Virus record (IMG/VR): IMGVR_UViG_3300031474_000004
Location: 58,339-78,338 of that record
Direction: 5' to 3' (one strand)
Origin: an uncultured virus (IMG/VR IMGVR_UViG_3300031474_000004)
Taxonomy: Duplodnaviria > Heunggongvirae > Uroviricota > Caudoviricetes
DNA length: 20,000 nt
The notes beneath the pieces were generated by a model, which saw nothing but the letters and a program-made list of their open reading frames with translations, ran no database searches and was not told the DNA's origin. Of this stretch, positions 16,306 through 20,000 are shown piece after piece. Position 1 is the stretch's first letter; the number at the start of each line of letters is the position of its first letter. Both the position numbers and the translations under genes were made by a program.

Positions 16306-17541
16306 ATGTCTGCGATCGGTACATTTGCAATTGGTACGAGGGCGATTGCTGATCAGAACGATTCAGAGTCATCGATACAAACGTTTTACGCTGAATCAAT
16401 AAATTCAACAGAACGTTTTAATGAACCACGATTCATTTGTACGGTACTTTTTAATTCACTAAATTCGGATGAGATAGTAAATGACGCTAGCGTGTCATCG
16501 CAATCAAGTGCGATAATTTCAAACGTTGGTAACATTGCTAGCAACGAATCTTTCACATCGTTCAACACGATCGTTACATTACATGTTGACTCAATTCGTT
16601 CCGAGGAAAGATTCAACGAAGCGAACGTTTCAACAACGTACGAAATCATCGTTTCCGATCTAGGAAACATTCAAAGTCAGGAGCGCGTAGATTCAGTTAC
16701 TACGGTCGTTACTTTACGCGTCAATTCAATTTCTACAAATGAAGCCGTCAATGATGCGAATGTTTCCACAATTGCGAAGATCGTAGTTTCGAACGCTGGG
16801 GACATTTCAAGTTCTGAAAATATTCAATCGCCCACAATCAGAACGACATTTCATGCTGGATCCATCGAATCAACTGAAAAATTTGATGAAGCAAACGTCT
16901 CAACACCGCCAGTCATCACAATCCCGGTCGTCGGAGGCGTTGCGAGTCTCGAAGCGTTCGAATCGTTCGCCGTAAAACAAACAATACGATTCACTTCGAT
17001 TGATTCTTTGGAAGAATTTGGTGATCTAAGTACAATTTCTAACGTTGGAGTTCAACTCGAATCGATTCCTGGTTCTGAAAACGTTAATGGATTCGCAGTC
17101 AAAACGATAATACACGAACTTTCGGCTGAAAGCGAAGAACGCTTCGGTGAGATTCAAGCCGTATTTGATTCCACGATTTCGAACGTTGGAATCGAGGGAA
17201 GCGATGAAACCTTCGGTGAATTCAATGCTACGGTCGTCTCGGAAGCCGATGATACGAACGTCATCGACATACAAGCAATGTTGCTACGACGTCGTCGATC
17301 CGGTGGATCATCGTCGAGTCACCAACATGAATCCTCTGAAGAAAAGGATCAAATCATTCGTGCGGCAGCCCAATTGATGGAGGTTAACTTGAAACCTCGC
17401 AATGATGTCTCTGGTAAAACGATCATCAAATTTCCAGCGAATCAGGGTAACGCGATGAAAAAACAAAGGATCATCTTTGAAAGATTGGTCGTTAATAATA
17501 TCGACGTGAAAGTTAATTATGTGAGAAGAAGAAAACAATGA
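16306..17541 (+). CDS. Repeat-containing putative structural protein (411 aa) with about 13 [IV]-x-S-x-E-x-[FV] repeats
   Basis: SINSTERF, NIASNESF, SIRSEERF, NIQSQERV, SIESTEKF, GVASLEAF, SIDSLEEF and others. TATTTA lies 4 nt upstream (16296-16301). Confidence 0.8.
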   Translation: MSAIGTFAIGTRAIADQNDSESSIQTFYAESINSTERFNEPRFICTVLFNSLNSDEIVNDASVSSQSSAIISNVGNIASNESFTSFNTIVTLHVDSIRSEERFNEANVSTTYEIIVSDLGNIQSQERVDSVTTVVTLRVNSISTNEAVNDANVSTIAKIVVSNAGDISSSENIQSPTIRTTFHAGSIESTEKFDEANVSTPPVITIPVVGGVASLEAFESFAVKQTIRFTSIDSLEEFGDLSTISNVGVQLESIPGSENVNGFAVKTIIHELSAESEERFGEIQAVFDSTISNVGIEGSDETFGEFNATVVSEADDTNVIDIQAMLLRRRRSGGSSSSHQHESSEEKDQIIRAAAQLMEVNLKPRNDVSGKTIIKFPANQGNAMKKQRIIFERLVVNNIDVKVNYVRRRKQ

Positions 17542-17987
17542 ACGAGAACGATGACATTGAACTTGACTTGATGGAAACCAACGAATTGATCTTCAACGTT
17601 AAGGTTGAAGGTTCGAATACGATTCACGAATCAAGGCTACAAATACGACAAAACGACATTTCGTACACGTTCCATGGCACGAGCGTTGCTGGTGACGAGG
17701 GTAACGTATCGTTCATGATTCCCGAAAGCCTGATGAAGGAGGGGACGTACGAATCAAAGGTTGAGGTCATTGTTGGTAACAAGATCCTCGTTCCGTTGAA
17801 GTTCAATTCCGTTTTCAAGCAAGCGTTGAAGTCAAGCACGGAATTGATCGAAGCGAACGTCAACTTGAATGATTCTATCGTCGTCGAAGCGAAGCACGTC
17901 ATCAACAAGAAACACGTATCAGCGAACAAATCATTGAAGGAACGATTCCTGTCAAAGAAGTCTCGCCAGCCAGTGATTAAACGCTGA
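17538..17987 (+). CDS. Hypothetical protein, possibly an Ig-like/BppU-N-like beta-sandwich (149 aa)
   Basis: Alternating beta-strand pattern, G.VSFMIP...EGTYESKVEVIV. ATGA coupling to the previous gene. Confidence 0.7.
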   Translation: MNENDDIELDLMETNELIFNVKVEGSNTIHESRLQIRQNDISYTFHGTSVAGDEGNVSFMIPESLMKEGTYESKVEVIVGNKILVPLKFNSVFKQALKSSTELIEANVNLNDSIVVEAKHVINKKHVSANKSLKERFLSKKSRQPVIKR

Positions 17988-18011
17988 ACGTTTTAAAGTT
18001 AGAATTTACAC

Positions 18012-18446
18012 ATGAAAATAGCGAAAAATGAATTGAAGAATCTCATTAAAGAATGTTTGATAGAAATTCTTTGTGACGGGATTGGGGAAAACTTAATTGA
18101 GGCTCGAAAGATGAACTCTCGTCATCGTGAACCCATCCTAGAGGGTCGAATTGACCAGAGAAAGCTAAACAATCCAATCGCTCAGCAACGCACGAACGTT
18201 CTTAATAACGCAATCGCTGAGGCTGCGGGCAAGAACTCCGTGATGAAGGACATCTTTGCTGATACCGCCGAGAGAACGTTACCTTCGATGCTTGAAGGCA
18301 ACAAAAAGGGTTATCAACCGGTAGGAACATCGATCGAAGAAGCCTTGGTTCATGAAACGGAACCCGAAGATTTGTTTGGTAGTGAGAACGTTGATCGTTG
18401 GGCAAAACTGGCATTTGAATCGCCAGTGATAAAACGGCCTGGTTAA
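18012..18446 (+). CDS. Hypothetical protein with LKNLIKECLIE leader (144 aa)
   Basis: Clean ORF; AATTTA variant motif 3 nt upstream. Confidence 0.8.
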   Translation: MKIAKNELKNLIKECLIEILCDGIGENLIEARKMNSRHREPILEGRIDQRKLNNPIAQQRTNVLNNAIAEAAGKNSVMKDIFADTAERTLPSMLEGNKKGYQPVGTSIEEALVHETEPEDLFGSENVDRWAKLAFESPVIKRPG

Positions 18447-18980
18447 TGAAAATGAAAAATAAGCTTCGAGCATTGATTAAGTTGATCATTGAACACAATG
18501 ATCCTTACGTGGCCCTTAAAAGGTCGGGGTAAGATCAAGAAAACATCTAAAATTTTTTATCACGTATCGATGCAGGATCACGGAGAAAAATTCACGCTTG
18601 TACCTCGAATTCCTCGTGATGCAATTGGCATGGAAGAAGAAGACTTTACGACCCCTCGAGTTTGTCTTGCATCAACGACGAAAGACGCTTTCGAAGCGTT
18701 GGGATTCAATGTGAACAAAAGTGGAAAAATTTATACCGACGAATTATCAACGAGTGGACACAATGTCGAACATTTGTGGATCTATAAATGTTCACCCAAT
18801 GTTGTTTTCATTCCTTCGAATGGGGAATATCCCGAGGGTTCATTCAAGGGAAGTAAACAAGAACGAGCTGAAGCCTTGAAAGGTTTTGTACCAGATGCAG
18901 GTGATACGGGCGAAGTATGGGTACTTGAACAAATTGCGGTGACATTAGTAAAAGTTATCGATGTTCCTAGCGGGGCATGA
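18446..18980 (+). CDS. ADP-ribosyltransferase-like protein split by a +1 frameshift near 18526-18532 (programmed shift, pseudogene or sequence error)
   Basis: ORF 18446..18532 (MKMKNKLRALIKLIIEHNDPYVALKRSG*) joins the 18489..18980 frame if one G of GGGG is skipped. The downstream part has FYHVS, PRVCLAST and TGEVW, an ART-like H / S-T / E arrangement. Confidence 0.55.
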
Positions 18981-19009
18981 AAAATTCATCAACGTTTCTA
19001 GAACACGCA

Positions 19010-19015
19010 TACTTA
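19010..19015 (+). promoter_or_regulatory. Putative late-promoter motif caTACTTA upstream of 19053
   Basis: Followed by an AGGAG SD and then the ATG at 19053. Confidence 0.55.
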
Positions 19016-19052
19016 ATTGAAGCGAGCCCGTTAAACAGGAGAAAAACTACAA

Positions 19053-19313
19053 ATGAAATCATTGACCAAAGAAGGCCTAAAACGACTAATTCAGCAAGAA
19101 GCTGCGAAAATGAATGCCCCTGAGGATGTCGAGAAGGTTGCTGCGAAAACGAAAGAAGTTGACGCCGATGAGTATGGAACCGACAAGAGCCTCGAAAAGC
19201 ACATTGACATGGTTTCCGCCCTCAAGATTGAGGAATCTCGTCTACTCCGTCGGCTCAAGACCCTCCGTGAATCGAAAGCACGCATCCTGAAGACGATCAA
19301 GAATCGAAAGTAA
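19053..19313 (+). CDS. Hypothetical helical protein with LKRLIQQE leader (86 aa), possible head core/scaffold-type protein
   Basis: Strong SD and putative late motif. Charged, coiled-coil-like sequence. Confidence 0.8.
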   Translation: MKSLTKEGLKRLIQQEAAKMNAPEDVEKVAAKTKEVDADEYGTDKSLEKHIDMVSALKIEESRLLRRLKTLRESKARILKTIKNRK

Positions 19314-19320
19314 TCTCCTA

Positions 19321-19704
19321 ATGAAGATTTCACTGAAACAACTCAAGCAAATCATCAAAGAAGAGATTTCAAGATCACGTAAGGTCTTGAAAGAAAGCAC
19401 GGGCGAAGCGGGAGCTGAGCTCGTTGATGAACAGAATTGCTGGCATCTCGAAGTTGGTAACGAGTACAAGATAGATGGTTCTATTTCAACGTTCGTCGGT
19501 TGGTTCGATGATACGGGTTCTGAACTACCTGATGATGTGAATGATGATCCGACTCATGTGCTTTTAAAGTTTCAAGATGTTGATGGATTCGAATGGGAAG
19601 CTTACTGGAATGAAGGAAATTTCTGTGTAGGCTCTTCTGCCGATCCTTTGAGGGTTGCAGAGGCTGAGTCAGAATCGCATGTTTACGACGAAGAAAATTT
19701 GTAA
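19321..19704 (+). CDS. Hypothetical acidic protein with LKQIIKEE leader (127 aa)
   Basis: Clean ATG ORF 7 nt after the previous stop. Confidence 0.8.
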   Translation: MKISLKQLKQIIKEEISRSRKVLKESTGEAGAELVDEQNCWHLEVGNEYKIDGSISTFVGWFDDTGSELPDDVNDDPTHVLLKFQDVDGFEWEAYWNEGNFCVGSSADPLRVAEAESESHVYDEENL

Positions 19705-19705
19705 A

Positions 19706-19864
19706 ATGATGAAAGAAGTTTCACGAAAAAGCGTTGAAAATGGAAATCATTCATTTCAAGGTGGCGAAGTTCAAAGACGATATTGGGCTAATTGGAGATT
19801 AAAGAACAACAAAAATCCTTATCCCGATGATTGGAAATATTTATCTACGAAAGAAGGTCAGTGA
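19706..19864 (+). pseudogene. Short ORF (52 aa), possible C-terminal remnant of a phage HNH endonuclease
   Basis: RKSVENGNHSFQGGEVQRR resembles the V-E-N-G-T-H-x-F-x-G-G repeats I recall from phage HNH endonucleases. No nuclease core is present. Confidence 0.35.
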
Positions 19865-20000
19865 TGTCAGGTCAAGGAAAATATTCCGTGTACGTTCCGG
19901 TTGCAAGCGTGAAGAATTCACGGCTTGCTAAGTTGTTTCGGGGCAACGATACTATCGATTCTCCGTTTGCTGCGGCCATGGCAAGCGGCGATCAGGAACA
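19864..20000 (+). CDS. Hypothetical protein, 3'-truncated (MSGQGKYSVYVPVASVKNSRLAKLFRG...)
   Basis: ATG overlaps the TGA at 19862-19864; the frame is open to the window end. Confidence 0.65.
   Translation, partial: MSGQGKYSVYVPVASVKNSRLAKLFRGNDTIDSPFAAAMASGDQE

Noticed and set aside
18489..18530. Tracked start MNTMILTWPLK for the ART-like ORF
   Set aside because: TTG start without an SD; the coupled ATG at 18446 in another frame gives a leader matching neighbouring genes.
1..20000. Alternative genetic code (stop-codon reassignment), as in some huge phages
   Set aside because: Coding density is high under the standard code, and TAA, TGA and TAG each end plausible genes.
1..20000. CRISPR array, tRNA or rRNA genes
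   Set aside because: No regularly spaced identical repeats with unique spacers, and no cloverleaf or T-loop signature in the short intergenic regions.

Overview
This window looks like part of a large, T4-like/jumbo-type tailed phage genome, read with the standard bacterial code (all three stop codons end genes). Recognisable genes are a T4 gp21-like prohead protease, a gp19-like tail tube, an HslV/proteasome-beta-like Thr protease, two paralogous Hef-like endonucleases flanking the tube gene, a protein-kinase-like gene, a tail/fibre module with a 2461-aa Ser/Thr-rich repeat fibre, and an ADP-ribosyltransferase-like ORF split by a +1 frameshift. The most interesting pattern is a shared N-terminal L-[KR]-x-[LIY]-[IV] leader on five unrelated proteins, including the kinase and the ART-like protein; four end in an [LI]-x-E gp21-type cleavage motif. 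This suggests a capsid-targeted, protease-matured, injected-effector system (inference). Other patterns are a recurrent TAnnTA putative late-promoter motif, often with leaderless spacing, a dispersed family of five small 'L-x-PG[DNE]' paralogues, and two probable homing-endonuclease remnants. All family assignments come from motif recognition by eye; no database search was run.
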